Source: Azolla caroliniana
Taxonomy: Eukaryota > Plantae > Polypodiophyta
NCBI GenBank assembly: GCA_043228905.1
Contig: JBHGNT010000016.1
Coordinates: 18,786,001 to 18,850,000, forward strand
Direction of reading: 5' to 3'
DNA length: 64,000 nucleotides
Numbering within the stretch: position 1 is the stretch's first letter; each line of letters begins with the position of its first letter. The translations under genes were made by a program, and so were the position numbers. Below the pieces are notes generated by a model, which searched no databases, had not been told where the DNA came from, and worked only from the letters and a program-made list of their open reading frames with translations. Below are positions 1 through 14,524 of this stretch, in pieces.

Positions 1-3000
1 TCAACACTCCCCCTCAAGCGCAACTCGAGGTCGGGTTGTGGTGTCATTCTCTGTGGCGGCCGGTTCTTTCAACCGACTTCTCCTGGCGTCGCTCCGCCTT
101 GCTCGTGCTCCTCGTCCGGCCCGGTCCTGTTTGCCGCGACCCCTCTGGTTCTGCACGCCTCGACCTTCTCGGTCGGCATGTCTGCTCATCAGGCCCATCT
201 CAGCTCCTTCGCTGCTATGACTCCGGCGCTTGCCGATCCATCGGTTCCTCCGCGATGGCATTGACTTCCGCTGCGTCCGTGTCTCCTTGGCCTTTGGTTG
301 ATCCGACTCATCCGGATCCAACTCTTGATGCGAATCGGCTGTCTCCGACTCGTTCCAGCTCTTGTCTGAATCGGTATCCTCCGATTCGACTTCCGGCATC
401 AGGCCTTTCACCACATCGGACCACGTCCGGGTCTTGGCCTTCTCCGTGCTTCCCTCGGCTTCTTCAACCAGTTCACCGAAATCGAATTCTTCATTCGACT
501 CCGCATCATGGTCATTACCGCCGTGATGACCTCCGCACAGCATGCACTTCTCTTCCTGAGTGCACACTTCTTCTTCCTTCCGGTTGGCTCGGTCCTTCTT
601 GACTCTGCCACCACAGCCGCTTGCTCCGACTTGTTCCGATGTGTCGACTTCCTTCGTCGGTTCGGCTTCTTTCTTCTTCTTGTCTCCCCTTCTTCCGGTT
701 CTTCTCTTACCGACTGGTTCAACAATTTCTTTGCCTTTGGTGCCCTTGCTTCTCCCCTTCAAGTGCGGCACGTCGAGATGCTGAACACCAAGCATGTTGG
801 TAAAGTGCTGCAACTTGTCAGATCTGAGCGGCTTGGTGAAGATGTCGGCAAATTGCCGATCCGTGTGAACATACCGAAGTTCAACTTCACCGCTTAGGAC
901 CCACTCACGCACAAAATGATAATGCACTTCTATGTGCTTCGTGCGAGCATGGAACACAGGGTTCTTGGTGAGCTGCATGCTGCTGATGTTATCACAATAA
1001 ATCGGGATCGGGGTCGGTACCTCGATCCGCAAGTCTCGCAGCAGTCGCCGAAGCCAAATGGCTTCGCAAGTAGCCACGGTCGCGCCTCGGTATTCAGCCT
1101 CAGTGCTAGACAGAGCCACTATTGGCTGCTTTTTGCTGCTCCACGCAATAGCTGCGTTCCCAAGAGAAAACATAAATCCGGAAGTCGATTGGCGATCTGA
1201 CACATCGTCGGCCCAGTCAGCATCCGTGTAGCCGACCAGCTCTTCAATTATACTTCGCCAGTATAACAGTCCTCGGTCCTTCGTGCCGCTTACATATTGC
1301 AATATTTGTTGCGCGCACTGAAGGTGCTCAACAGTCGGCTTCTGCATGAATTGGCTTGTCACTCCGACCGGATAGCTGATGTCGGGTCGGGTGATGGACA
1401 AATATATAAGGCTTCCAATGATTTGTCGGAACCATTTCTCATTGCAGGCCGGTCCGGAGTTGGGACAGAGTTTCTGGTTCCGGTCCAAGGGTGTGGAGAC
1501 AGGTCGACACTCTGTCATGCCGAACTTGTACAACATATTTAACGCGTAATGTCGTTGTGAAAGCAATATGCCATCGGGGGTGTGGATCACCTCGATCCCG
1601 AGGAAGTAATGAAGGTCCCCCAGGTCCTTCATCTCAAATGCGTCCGACAACTGGGACTTGACGCGGTTGATTTCAGAAAGGTCCGGTCCGGTGATGACTA
1701 AATCATCAACATATAGCAGTATACATACCGGACCGTCTGAGCCTTTCCGGATGAACAATGAAGAGTCCGACTTGGAGGCCGCGAATCCCATCTTACACAA
1801 CCGGTGTGTGATTTTCGCATTCCAAGCTCGGAGGTCTTGCTTCAAGCCGTAAAGTGACTTCTTCAGTCGACATACCGCCGACTTGTTCATCTCTGATTGG
1901 AAACCAGGGGGTTGGATCATATAGACCCGTTCTTGAAGATCTCCTTGAAGGAAGGCATTCTTCACATCTATCTGGTGAAGATGCCACCCCCTTTCCACAG
2001 CAACCGCTAGCACCACACGAATCGTCGTCATCTTCGCGACAGGAGCGAAGGTGTCGTCGTAATCAATTCCGTGGATCTACGCGTACCCCTTCGCCACTAA
2101 TCGGGCCTTGTACCAGTTAACTGAACCGTCGGTGTTGTACTTTACCTTGTACACCCACTTGCATCTAATTGGTTTGCAGTGACGGGGAGGGTCAACCAGG
2201 TCCCATGTCTCGTTGGCATCCAGTGCCTGCATTTCTTCCTCCATAGCGGCACGCCAATTTGCGTCCTTTGCCGCTTCTGCGTAGCTCTTCGGCTCACGCA
2301 CTTCCGCCACCTTAGTCATGTACGCATAGTGATGCGCCATGTACTCATTCTACCCGTACCACTTGATGGGATCCTTCTAGCGGGTGGACCAGCGTAATTC
2401 ATCGTTGCCCGTATTGAGGCCCTTCTTGGCCGGTCCGGACTTCGTTGTCGAAGATCTGCCTTTCTCCTTGCCAGAGTCGGATGCACACCGATCCGACTGA
2501 TCGTTGCCGGTTTCGAATTCCGGCATCTTCTTTTTCCCTTTCTCTTTGCGCGTGAATCGTCTCCTCGGTTCCTTGCGCGGGGAGAGCACGGCAGAGTCTC
2601 CACTACTCGCCGGTTCCTCATCGGAATGGTTAGATTGACTTAGTCTCTCGTTCGGTCCGCTCAACCGAAACGATTCCGGACTCTCATCTTGAGTCCATGC
2701 TTCATCATCCTCTACCTGGACCGGTTCTGGCTCACTAGCCTCATCCTCTGGCATCGGGACGGGATCGGAAGTCGGAGTCGGTAAGGAATACCATGATGCC
2801 AATTCATCGAACTCGACATCTCGGCTAACTCGGACCTGCTTTGTCCGGGGGTTATAACACTTATAACCTTTTTGCTCTTGAGCATAGCCGACGAGGATGC
2901 ATTTTTCTGATTTTGCATCCAACTTCCTCCGCTTCTCATCTGGCACATGCACATATGCAATGCTACCGAATATCCTAAGGTGTCTTCAATTCGGCTTGCG

Positions 3001-5050
3001 CCCGAAATACAGCTCGTGAGCTGACACCTTGTCACCGATCCGGTTCTGGATGTAGACGGCCGTTCGGACCGCCTCCGCCCAGTAGAATTTGGGCATGCTC
3101 TTCTCGTCCAGCATTGCCCTTGCCGCATCAATAAGCGATCGGTTCTTCCTTTCGGCGACACCGTTTTGTTGCGGTGTGTATCTGCAGCTGTACTCGTGCC
3201 GAATTCCTTTTTGTTGTAGATAGCTGTTGATTTGGCCGGAAAAATATTCTTTTCCGCCATCCGACCGCAGGCATTTGATCTTCCTCTCTGATTCCCGTTC
3301 CACCATCTTCTGGAGGCTCCGGAAACATTCGAAGACTTCACTCTTCCGCTCAATGAGGTAGATCCATGTGTGTTGTGTATAGTCGTCGATGAAGGAGATG
3401 AAATATTGACTCTCGCCAAGACTAACATTCTGTGACGGTCCCCACACATCCGAATGGATAAGGTCGAGCTTGTTACGGCTCCGGTTTCATTCGGTGGGGA
3501 ATGGAAGCCGGTGTTGCTTCCCGAGTTGGCAGGCTTCACATACTTGGGATCTCCGGCCACTAAACTTCGGCAAACTGAAAACAACTTGTTTCGTTTGCAG
3601 GTCTTGAAGCCTCTGGTAATTGATGTGGCCTATCCGCTTGTGCCACAGGTTGATGTCCGACTCAACCTTCTATCCTTTTGCGAATAGAGCGGTGCCGACG
3701 TCATTGGTGTCGAGGATAAACATCCTCCTGTCTCTGCGCCCTTGTGCAATAACTTCGCCCTCATCCTCAATGAAGCACCCAAGGTGCGTAAACCGCACTT
3801 GCATCCCCTGGTCAACAATCTGTCCGACCGACACCAGGTTCTTCGTGATCGTCGGAACGTGTAACACGTCCATCAACTTCCCCTTCTGTCGGATGTGGCT
3901 CAAAGGGACTTCTCCGACATGCACGATTGGGTGAGGAGTGTCATCTCCGGTTTCGACTACTCCTAGTTGATCTGGTTTCTCCAACAAAGAGAACCACTCC
4001 TTGTGGCTCGTTATGTGGTTTGACACGCCGGAATCAACATACCACACTTCCTCCGATTTGGAAGTGGTCTTCTTCATTGAGTTCGCCTTGTGCTTCATCA
4101 CCAAGGCTGGCCCCTTACCGTTCTTGGATCCTCCCGATCCGTTTGCGTAGTGCGAGCTTTGCCGGCCATCCTTAGCGGCCTTGCCGGATCCGGATTTGTT
4201 CGAATCGGCGCGCTTTCTCCAGCACTTGCTTTCTCTGTAGCCCTTCTTGCCACAATACCAGCATTCCGTTGTGGATTTGTTTTGCCGGCCTCCACTACTG
4301 CATTGACTCCCCCTGCTCTCGGAGGGTTCGGAATTGCTGTCGGCACAATCTTTGTGCCATCGTTCTTGCTCTTGCCGGCCGCCTCCATTGCGTGCTGACC
4401 CGCCTCATCCACCACGCCCACGGGACTGATCCGCCTCCGTGTACAACATCCGGTTGTTAGTGGGTGCGCTAGTTGACGCACCGGCGTGGTTCTCCTCTAC
4501 AAGGAGCATCGACTGTAAGTCGAAAAATGACGGCGTATTCTCCCTTGTACAAACCGCCGTCCGAAAGGCTTTGTACTTAGACGCCAAGCCCCCAAGATAG
4601 GCCTGTACCATCTCGTCTTCCTCTACAGTGACGTTAATAGAGGCAAGCGAGTCACAGATCTCTTTGATTCGGGCCGTATAGTCAGCCACCGACAAGTCCC
4701 TCTGTCGGACATTGCTCAACTCTTGTCGGAGTTGCAGCTTTCGGGCTGTAGTGCTTGCGGCGAAAACCTTCTTCAGGTTTCCCCAAGCCTCCTTCGGCGT
4801 CTTGGCGTCTCGGATTTGGCTCAGCAACTGATCCCCAACACTGGATGCAAAGCAGTACATCACTCTGCTTGCCGATTGTTCCCACGCTGGGAAGTCCTCA
4901 TGTGTCGTATTAGGTATTGTTTCATTCGTTCGTTCCATGAAACTCCAATAGCCATGCCCCAGTAGGTACTGATGCATTTTGTACGACCAGAATGCATAGT
5001 TGCTCTGGTCGAGTTTCTCTGTGGGAAGTGAACTTGCCATACCTCTGTCC
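1..5050 (-). pseudogene. copia gag-pol of A1, broken by stops and frameshifts; RT/RNase H ORF 1-2031 still open
   Basis: ORF fragments 4405-5100 (gag), 3670-4104 (PR), 2986-3447 and 2377-2952 (INT), 2077-2340 and 1-2031 (RT-RH). Confidence 0.9.
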
Positions 5051-5147
5051 ATAACCGCTTCAGTGTCTGTTCTTGCGACCTGTTGGGTTTTGCTTCTCAA
5101 GGCGAATGTCTGCAGCAGAGGTTCTCAACCCTCGCGCTCTGATACCA

Positions 5148-5563
5148 TGTAAACGATTGCTTGCGGAAGCGTTAGAGAAGCAGAGAAAAACAGAAAATAT
5201 GCAGAGAGTACACGGGAGAGACAGAGAGAGCAGAACGTAAAAATTATCTTCAAAACTAATAGTAAACACTATGTACATACTCTGTGCTCAGTAGCACTAT
5301 TTATACAAGTCCTACACGGACTGACAGAAGTATTGTGTACTTCAATGCTCACACGAGCATCTGACACTAACTCTGAGACTATAACTACCTAGTAATCTAA
5401 CTTATTACTAGGCTTCCGGTTACTGCTGGATCCGGTTAACTGGCTCTCTGCTCACCGACTCTGTAGCTTGCTGGCTCAGTTGCTCACCGGCATACCGATT
5501 TGTCTCACTTACCGGCTCAGGCTTTTCAGCCGATCCAGCTCCAGTTGAGCTTGCCGCTCAACA
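5148..5563 (-). repeat. 5' LTR of copia A1
   Basis: TG..CA termini, adjacent PBS, similarity to LTRs at 9042-9524, 14375-14809 and 23458-23902. Confidence 0.9.
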
Positions 5564-5948
5564 GGATCCAACTTTGCTCTCTTGTCTTTTGCAACATGCA
5601 CATATGCGAGACACCCGAAAACCTTCAGATGCTAGTAAGACACGTCTTTACCGGTCCATACTCTCTGTGGTGTGTCTCCTTCCAAGGGTGCTGAGGGTGA
5701 ACCGTTAATCACATACGTTGCCGTCCTTAACACCTCAACCCAAAACATCTTGGGTAACTTTGCATGGGCTAGCATGCTTCCAACTCTCTCCATTATGGTC
5801 CACTTCATCCATTCGGCCAACCCGTTCAATTCCAACGTCTTCGGCACGGTGAATTCGAGCCGGATTCCCTTTGACTGGCAGTACTCCTCGAACCGCCCCC
5901 GGTATTCTCCTGCATTATCTACTCAAACCGCTTTCAGCTTCCAACCGG

Positions 5949-6561
5949 TGTCCAAGTATTCCTCGTGGATGCGTGGAATGAGGCGAGACCTCGGGGGTCT
6001 TGTACCGAAGAGCAAGAGAGAAAGGAGAAAGGAAGGGACCCACTACGTGCGAGCGTAGATTCACAGGGACACGGCCCTTCAACACAAAGACGCGAGTGGG
6101 ACACCGACACAGGGAGACGCGAATGTATGTATATATATATGTTAACAAGACAAACAACAAGAAGCACGATGTTGGTTACAACCGAACAGGCCGACGAACA
6201 GATGTCGATGCCTGTTCGTAAACGCACAGAAAGGAAGAAGTAGGTTGGAGGTGCTGCCGAAAGCACTCGGGCATTCCTCAGAGCAGCGCGAGCCTCCCGA
6301 AACCTGCACAGAACGAAGCTACGGAGCTTGGAAGAGAGAGAAGCCTTCGGCCAACAACCCGACAGCACTTCGTCCTCTCTATCCGCGATTCGTTTCCTCT
6401 TCCCCGTCTCCCTCCTTTTATAGGCATGAAAGGAGCCGTTTCCCATTAACTTCCTACCTACCGAGGATCTTCTATGTACAACATAAGACGTACGTGCATG
6501 AAGAGCCGGTTCCTACGCTCCGGTGCACCGATTCCGCTTGTGGACGGTTTTCTTCACGACA
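5949..6561 (-). mobile_element. solo LTR of an unrelated family inserted in the family B integrase
   Basis: TG..CA ends; the integrase sequence resumes on both sides; imperfect target duplication CCGG/CCGA read on the minus strand. Confidence 0.75.
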
Positions 6562-7521
6562 TCGGTTTCTCTTTCCACTCTCGTGTGGAGTTCCTTGAAG
6601 ACAAACAACACCTGATCCTTTGTCTTTAGCGGTGAGACCCACAACTTCCGACTGTGGTCGGCTATGAACACCACGAAGTACTACGATCCGGCATGTGACT
6701 TCGTGTCCACTTGACACACATCAGTATGCACCAGCTCTAGTGGTGCATTCCGTCTCATTGGTGGTCTTGACTGGAAGGAGGTTCGGTTTTGCTTGCCGGC
6801 CAGGGAATCAACACACTTCTCAAGTCGCACGTCCTTCACCAGAATGAGATTGTCTTAGGCAAGTCTCCTCATCCCCTTCTGGCTCATATGGCAAAACCTC
6901 TTGTGCCACAACTCACCGGAAGTGTCGGATGCTATGTTCAATTCTTCTTGGCATATCCGTGCGTGCATCAAGTATAGTGTGTTGATCTTCCGGGCTCTAG
7001 CCACGATCAGGCTTCCTTTGCTAAACTTCATGACTCCGTTCCGGATGCTACCCATGTAGCCTTCATCATCTAGCCGACCAGCTGATATCAGGTTCAAACC
7101 GAACCTTCGAAACGTGTCAGACATCCTTCAACAACAATTTGCATCCGATTGATGTCGTCAACAACACATCTCTTATGCTGACAATTCGGCATGTACCTTC
7201 ATTACCCATCCAGACACAGTCATGATCTCCGGCTATGTAGGATGAGAAGCATTTCCGATCCGGTGTCAGATGGAATGATGCTCCGGAATCGACAACCCAC
7301 ATTGTCTCGTCGCCGACAAGGTTTAACTCATTCTCCTCAGTGATGGCATCAGTTCCTCTTCACTTGTCCCGATTGCCTACATTCCATTGCGATCCGGGCC
7401 TCTCTGATCCAAACCGTTTCGGTCCGAACTCTTCTTCGAATCGGTGGTGCCAGTTTCTTTCTCTTTCCGGAAATGCCGACAGTTCTTCTGGAAGTGCCCC
7501 AACTTCCAACAATAGAAGCAA

Positions 7522-8162
7522 TGACGGAAACTCAACGCTCCTTATGCACAACGCTCGGCCACAACCGAGCTTAGAATGATACACAGAAAAAGGGGAAATA
7601 AAACATGACACAAAGAAGAGACGAGGTACACAGGAGGTTTACGTGGAAAACCCCAAACTAGGGGAAAAACCATGGCAGCCCACGGGCTGCAAACTATCAC
7701 TATGATGGAATGTACAACAATGAGTTCACTGAGGCACCAACCTCGTGCTCACAGATCTTCGCCACAGGCGGCGGTTACAACAGAGGCAACGACCTCTTTC
7801 TTTCTCTCACTCACTATACAGTTACACACACACTCTATTCTTGCACCAACAAGAATGACAACAACAACAACAAAAGTTTGCCCTAAGTCATATTTATACT
7901 AATATGACTTTTAGGCTATTTACACATATAGCCTCGATGGGCTCTCAGAAACATATTCACAAATATGTCTCCTCATCCGATTCATACCGGGTCTGCACCA
8001 TCCGGCTCTCCGTAGCCGGGTACTCCTCATCCGGTTCATGCCGGGTCTGCACCATCCGGCTCTCCGTAGCCGGGTACTCATCATACGGTATCGGCCTTGG
8101 CCGAGATTGTTCGTCGGCACTGTTCTTCTCCCTTTCCATCCGGAGGGACCTGTCTCCCAACA
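7522..8162 (-). mobile_element. solo LTR (same family as LTR 60590-61244) inserted in the family B gag zinc knuckle
   Basis: TG..CA, perfect 5-bp TSD AGCAA (7517-7521 / 8163-8167), internal 54-bp tandem repeat shared with the 60590 LTR. Confidence 0.92.
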
Positions 8163-9041
8163 AGCAAGTGGACCTCCCCCTTGACTTTGACCTCGTCCCC
8201 AACTTTTCCCGGTTCTAGGGACTCCGATTCTGCTGTCTTCCTCGTTGTGCTTCCGATTTGGTAATAAGGGCTTTGGAGTCGGAGATCACTTCCTTGTCTT
8301 TCCGATGCACCTCTTCATCTAGCAAGCTTGACTTTACTCTTGCTAGGGAAAACTGTTTTCCTTTTGGCCCGGCGTTGCCCAATGTGACTACTAGCATCTC
8401 CCAACTATCCGAGAGGGAACTGAGCAATAGCAATGCGAATACCTCATCGGCAAGAGGTACTTCCAACGAGGTGGCTTGGTTGATAAGCCCCTGGAAGGTA
8501 TTCATGTACTCCACCATACTAGAGCCGTCCTAGTACCGGAGTCTCACTAACTTCCGGAATACCGAAATCCGATTTACGGTGTTTTTACTCTCCAGCATAG
8601 TGTCGATTTTCTCCCAAAACACATGAGCTTTACTTTCTTCATTGAAGTTGTTATATACGCTCATGTCGATAAAACACCGGATGTACGCTGTTGTCTTCAT
8701 GTGCATCAACTCCCATGTCGTGGCATCGATCTTGTTCGGTTTCTTGTCCCCGAACTGTATCGGCAGCCAGAGATCTTTGACCACGAGCATGTCCCTCATC
8801 TTCGACTTCCACACTGGGTAGTTGGAGCCGGTGAGCTTGAATATGCCGCCGAATGATTCTTCCATTTCCTTTGTTCGCTCTGATACCATATTGTAGAAAA
8901 TAGCGCAAAATATTGCTCGGCCATAACCGAGTCTTGAATCACTTCAATGAGAATCAAACACAGAAATGGGAAGTAGGGAGTGAACGCATGTACACACACA
9001 AACAACGATAGAGAACACATCATGTTTACGTGGAAAACCCT

Positions 9042-9149
9042 TGTAGATGTTAACGTGCAGAAACATTAGGCAGAACCAGCTCAGCCGGATAGCAACAGAG
9101 AATAAGATGAAGGTTTAATGGAGAAGCTTAATACACAGAGAATACGCGT

Positions 9150-9190
<41 letters not shown>

Positions 9191-12100
9191 CAGAACATAA
9201 ACTCTATTCAAAATAACACTCTGAAAACTCTGTATATACAACGTGCTAAACAACACTATTTATACAAGTCCATAAAGGACTGACAGAAGTACTAACAAGT
9301 ACTTCAATATTCCTACATGTGATTGACACTAACTATGAGATAATGATTACCTATAGTCTAGGCTACTACTAGGCTTCCGGTTCCCGCTCGAATCTGGCTC
9401 TCTGATCCGTCTCCCTGATCCAGCCGGTTGTTTCCGGATACCGATCCGACTCATCCTTCTGGATGCTGATCCGGCTCAGGCTTCTTCAACCGATCTAGAT
9501 CCAGTTGAGCTTGCTCGCTCAACACTCCCCCTCAAGCTCAACTTGAGGTCAAATCATGGTGTTAGTGTTCGTGGCAGCCGATCCTTCCACCCGACTCCTT
9601 ATGGCGTCATCACGCCTTGCTCGCGCTCTTCGTCTGGTCTGGTTCCGCTTCCCGCGACCCGTCTGGTACTGTGCACCTCGACCTCCTCGGTCAGCTTGTC
9701 TGCGCAACAGGCCCATTTCAACTCCCTCGCTTGTTGACCCGTCGGTTCCTTCGTGTTGGCGTCGACTTCCGCTGTGTTCGTGTCTGCTTGGCCTTTAGTT
9801 GATACGACTTCTCCAAATCTTGAACCAAATCGGTTTCCTTCGATTCGTTCTAGCTCTTGTCTGAATTGGTGTTCTCCAACTCGTCTTCTGATTTCAGGCC
9901 CTTCACCATATCAGACCAGGTCCAGGTCTTGGCCCTCTCCTTCCGGTTAGCTTTGTCCTTCTTGATTCTGCCAGCGCTGCCGCTTGTTCCGATTTGTTCG
10001 GATGTGCCAACTCCCTTCGTCGACTCGGCTTCCTTATTCCAATTGTCTCGCCCTTTGTTGGTTCTTTCTTCCTCTCCAGCTCCTTGTCCGGTGCCATCCG
10101 TTCCCTTTCCTTTTCTCCCCCTCAAGTGCGGCACGTCGAGATAGTGAACACCAAGCATTTCGGTGAAGTGTTGCAACTTGACCGATCCGAGCGGTTTGGT
10201 GAAGATATCGGCAACTTGCCGATCCGTCTGAACATACCGAAGTTCAACTTCACCACTCAAAACCCGCTCACGCACAAAGTGATAGTGGACTTCTATGTGC
10301 TTCGTTCGAGCATGAAACACGGGGTTCTTGGTGAGCTGTATGCTGCTCATGTTGTCACAGTAGATTAGGATCGGGGTCGGCACCTCGATCCGGAGATCTC
10401 GCTGTAGTCTCCGAAGCCAGATGGCCTCAGTGCTCAACAGAACCACTGTTGGCTGCTTTTTGCTGCTCCACGCAATAGTTGTGCTACCTAGAGAAAACAT
10501 GTAACCAGAGGTGGATCGGCGATCCATGCATCACCATCCCAGTCGGCATCTGTATATCTAACTAGCTCTTGGGTTATATCATGCCGATAGAACAGTCCCC
10601 GGTCCTTCGTGCCGCTCACATACTACAATATTTGATGTGCACACTGAAGGTGCTCCACGGTTGGCTTCTGCATGAATTGGTTGATCACACCGACCGGATA
10701 ACTGATGTCGAGTCAGGTGATTGTCAAGTATATCAGGCTTCCGACAATTTGTCGAAACTATTTCTCATCGCAGGTTGGTCTGGAGTTGGGACGGAGCTTC
10801 TGTTTCCGGTCCAGGGCTGTGGAGACAGGTTGGCATTCCGTCATGCCGAACTTGTACAACATATTCAACACATAGTGTCATTGTGAGAGCAATATGTTGT
10901 CGGGGGTTTGGATCACCTCGATCCCAAGAAAATAATGAAGGTCCCCCGGGTCCTTCATTTCAAATGCGTCCGACAGCTGGGACTTTACTCGGCCGATTTC
11001 ATTGAGTCTGGGTCCGGTGATGACTAAATCATCAACATAAAGTAGGATGCAAACCAACGCAACCGGTGCATGATCTTCGCATTCCAAGCTGAAGGGGCTT
11101 GTTTCAAACTGTAAAGCAAATTCTTAAGCCGGCACACCACCGACTTGTTCATCTCTGACTGAAAAACCGAGAGGTTGGATCATATAGACCCATTCTTCAA
11201 AGGTCACCTTGAAGAAACGCATTCTTCACATCCATCTGGTGAAGATTCCACCCCCTTGCCGCAGCAACTGCCAGTACCACACGAACCGTCATCACCTTTG
11301 CTACCGGAGCGAAGGTCTCGTCGTAGTCGATTCCATGGGTCTGTGCATATCCCTTCGCCACTAATTGGGCCTTGTACCGATTAACCGAACCGTCGTCATT
11401 GTACTTTACCTTGTACACCCATTTGCAACTGATCGGTTTACAGTGTCGGGGAGGGTCAATGAGGTCCCATGTGTCGTTGGCATCGAGTACCCACATTTCT
11501 TCCTCCATAGCGGCATGCCAATTTGCATCCTTTGCCGCTTTTGCGTAGCTCTCTAGCTCACGCACTTCCGTCACTTTGGTCATGTACGCATAATGATGCG
11601 CCATGTACTCATTGTACCTGTACCGCATAACGGGGTTCTTCTGGCGGGATGACCAGTGTAACTTGTCGTTACCCAGTTTGAGGCCCTTCTTGGCCGATTC
11701 AAACTTCCTTCTGAAGATCCTCCTTCTTCCTTTCCGGAGTCGTATTCGTTCCGATCTGACTCAACGTTGCCAGTTTCGTATTCCGGCATCTTCTTCTTCC
11801 CCTTCTCTTTGTGCGTGAACCGTCTCCTCGGTTCCTTGCGCGGGGAGAGCACGGCAGAGTCTCCACTATTCACTGGTTCCTCATCCGACTGGTCATCCCG
11901 ACTCAGCCACTCATTTGGTCCACTTAGCCTCTCTTCTAGAGTGACGAGTTCTTCATCTTCTGCTTGGACCTCCTCAGGTTCACTAGCCTCATCTTCCGGA
12001 ATCGGGTCTTCGTCGGGAGTTGGAGTTGGAGTCAATAGGGAGTACCATGATGCCATCTCATCAAACTCGACATCTCGACTTACTCGGACCTGCGAAGTCT

Positions 12101-14480
12101 AGGGGTTATATCACTTATAATCCTTTTGCTCATGCGAGTAACCGACTAGGATGCACTTCTCTGACTTCGGATCCAGCTTCCTTTGCTTCTTATCCGGTAC
12201 ATGCACATATGCTATGCTACTGAATATCCGAAGGTGTCTCAAATTCGGCTTCCGCCTGAAATACAACTCATGTGCTGACACCTTGTCACCGATCCGGTTT
12301 TGGATGTAGACGGCCATCCGGACCGCCTAAGCCCAGTAGAAATGGGGCATGCTCTTCTCCTCCATCATTTCCCTTGCCGCGTCAACAATCAAGCAATTCT
12401 TCCTTTCGGCCACACCGTTTTGCTCCGGTGTGTATCTACAGCTGAATTCTCTCCCGAATTGCGTTCTACTACAAATAATTGTTGAATTGATCGGAAAAGT
12501 ATTCTTTTCCGCCATCTAACCACAAGCACTTGACCTTCCTCTCCGTTTCCCGTTCAACTAAGCTTTGTAAGTTCTGGAAACATTCGAAGACTTCGTTCTT
12601 CCATTCGATGAGGTAGATCCACGTGTGCCAGTTGTAGTTGTCGATGAAGTAGATGAAGTATCAACTCCCGCCAAGACTAACGTTTTGTGCCAGTCCCCAT
12701 ACATCCGAATGGATTAGGTCGAGCTTGTTACGGCTCTGGTTTCATTCGGTGGGGAATGGAAGCCGGTGTTGCTTCCCGAGTTGGCAAACTTCACAAATTT
12801 TGGCCTTCCGACCACTGAATTTCGGCAATCAGAACACAACTTGTTTCGATTGCAAGTCTTGAAGCCTTCGGTAATTAGTGTTGTGCCACTTGTGCCAGAC
12901 ATCGATGTCTGATTCAATCTTCTGTCCTTTGGCAAACATGGTGGTGCCGACGTCATTAGTGTTGAGGATGAACATCCTCCCTTCTCTACGCTCTTGCGCA
13001 ATTATTCGGCCTTCTTCCTCGATGAAGCACCTGAGGTGCGTAAACTGCACCTGCATCCCCTGGTCGACGATTTGTCCAACCGACACCAGCTTCTTTGTGA
13101 TAGTCGGAACGTGTAGTACGTTCATCAGCTTTCCCTTTTGTCCGACATGGCTTAAAGGGACTTCTCTGACATGCACAATTGGGTGAGGGGTGTCGTCTCC
13201 AGTTTCAACGATTCCCGATTGTGCCGGTTTCTCCAAAAATGAGAACCACTCTTAATGGCTCATCATGTGGTTGGACGCTCCAAAATCAACGTACCATACT
13301 TCCTCCGATTTGGAAGTAGTCTTCTTCATCGAGTTAGCCTTTTGCTTCATCACGAAGGTTGGCCCTTTACCGGTTTTCTTGGTTTTGGATCCTTCCGATC
13401 CTTCCGCGTAGTGCGAGCTTTGCCGGTTATCCCGATCGGTTTTGCCGGATCCAGATTTGTCTAAATCGGCGCGCTTCTTCTAGCACTCGCTTTCCCTGTG
13501 GCCCTTTTTGCCACAGTACCAGCATTCCGTGATGGCCGCTTTGACTCCCCCTACTTGTGGAGGGTCTGGAACTACTGTCGGCACCACCTTTGTGCCTCCG
13601 GTCCTGCTATTGTCGGCCGCCTTCATTGCATACCGACCCACCACGTCCGTGGGACCAATCGGTCTCCATGTACAACATCCGGCCGTCTGATTGAGTGGTC
13701 CTTGATCCACTCGTGTGATTTTCTTCGACCATCAGCATCGATTGCAAGTCGAAGAAAGGTGGTGGTTTTTCCCGGGTGCAGATCATTGTCCAGATTGGCC
13801 CATACCTTTGCGCTAGACCACCGAGGTAGATTTGTACCATCTCGTCTTCGTCCATCATCACATTGATGGACCCGAATGCATCGCAAATCTCATTTATCTT
13901 GGTGGTGTAGTCCGTAACCAACATGTCTCTTTGCCGAAGGTTGTTTAGCTCTTGCCGGAGCTACAACTTACGGGTTGTGGTACTCGCGGCAAAAATCTTC
14001 CTAGATTTCCCGAAGCCTCCTTTGGCATCTTTGCATCCTTGATGTAGCCGAGCATCTGATCGTGCACACAGGACGCGAGGCAGTACAATACTCAGCTCGC
14101 TCCTTGCTCCCATACCAGGGAGTCATTGTGTGCCGACTCCTGTGCTACCTCGTTCGTTCCTTCCACGAAGCTCCAATATCCATGCCCTAGTAGGTACTGG
14201 TGCATCTTGTATGACCAGGACGCGTAGTTGCTCCGGTTGAGCTTCTCTGTTGGAAGTGAACTCGTCATTCCTCTGTCCATATCTTCTCTATATCTATTGT
14301 TACTAGGTTCTAGGGTTCGTCTATGAAAGCAAGTGTCGGCTGTAGAGTTTCTCAACCCTTGCGATCTAATACTATGTAGATGTTAACGTGTGGAAGCGTT
14401 AGACAGAACCGGCTCAGTCAGATAGCAACAGAGAATAAGATGAAGGTTTAATGAAGAAGCTTAATACATAGAGAATACGC

Positions 14481-14524
<44 letters not shown>

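Larger units (their letters stand above)
1..5563 (-). mobile_element. Ty1/copia LTR retrotransposon (family A, copy A1); 3' LTR runs off the window start
   Basis: 5' LTR 5148-5563 (TG..CA); PBS TGGTATCAGAGC (tRNA-iMet) at 5136-5147; PPT at 7-18 next to the LTR start TGTTGA at 1-6; gag, protease (WYVDSG), integrase, RT (LYVDD) and RNase H (YTDADWA) in copia order. Confidence 0.95.
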
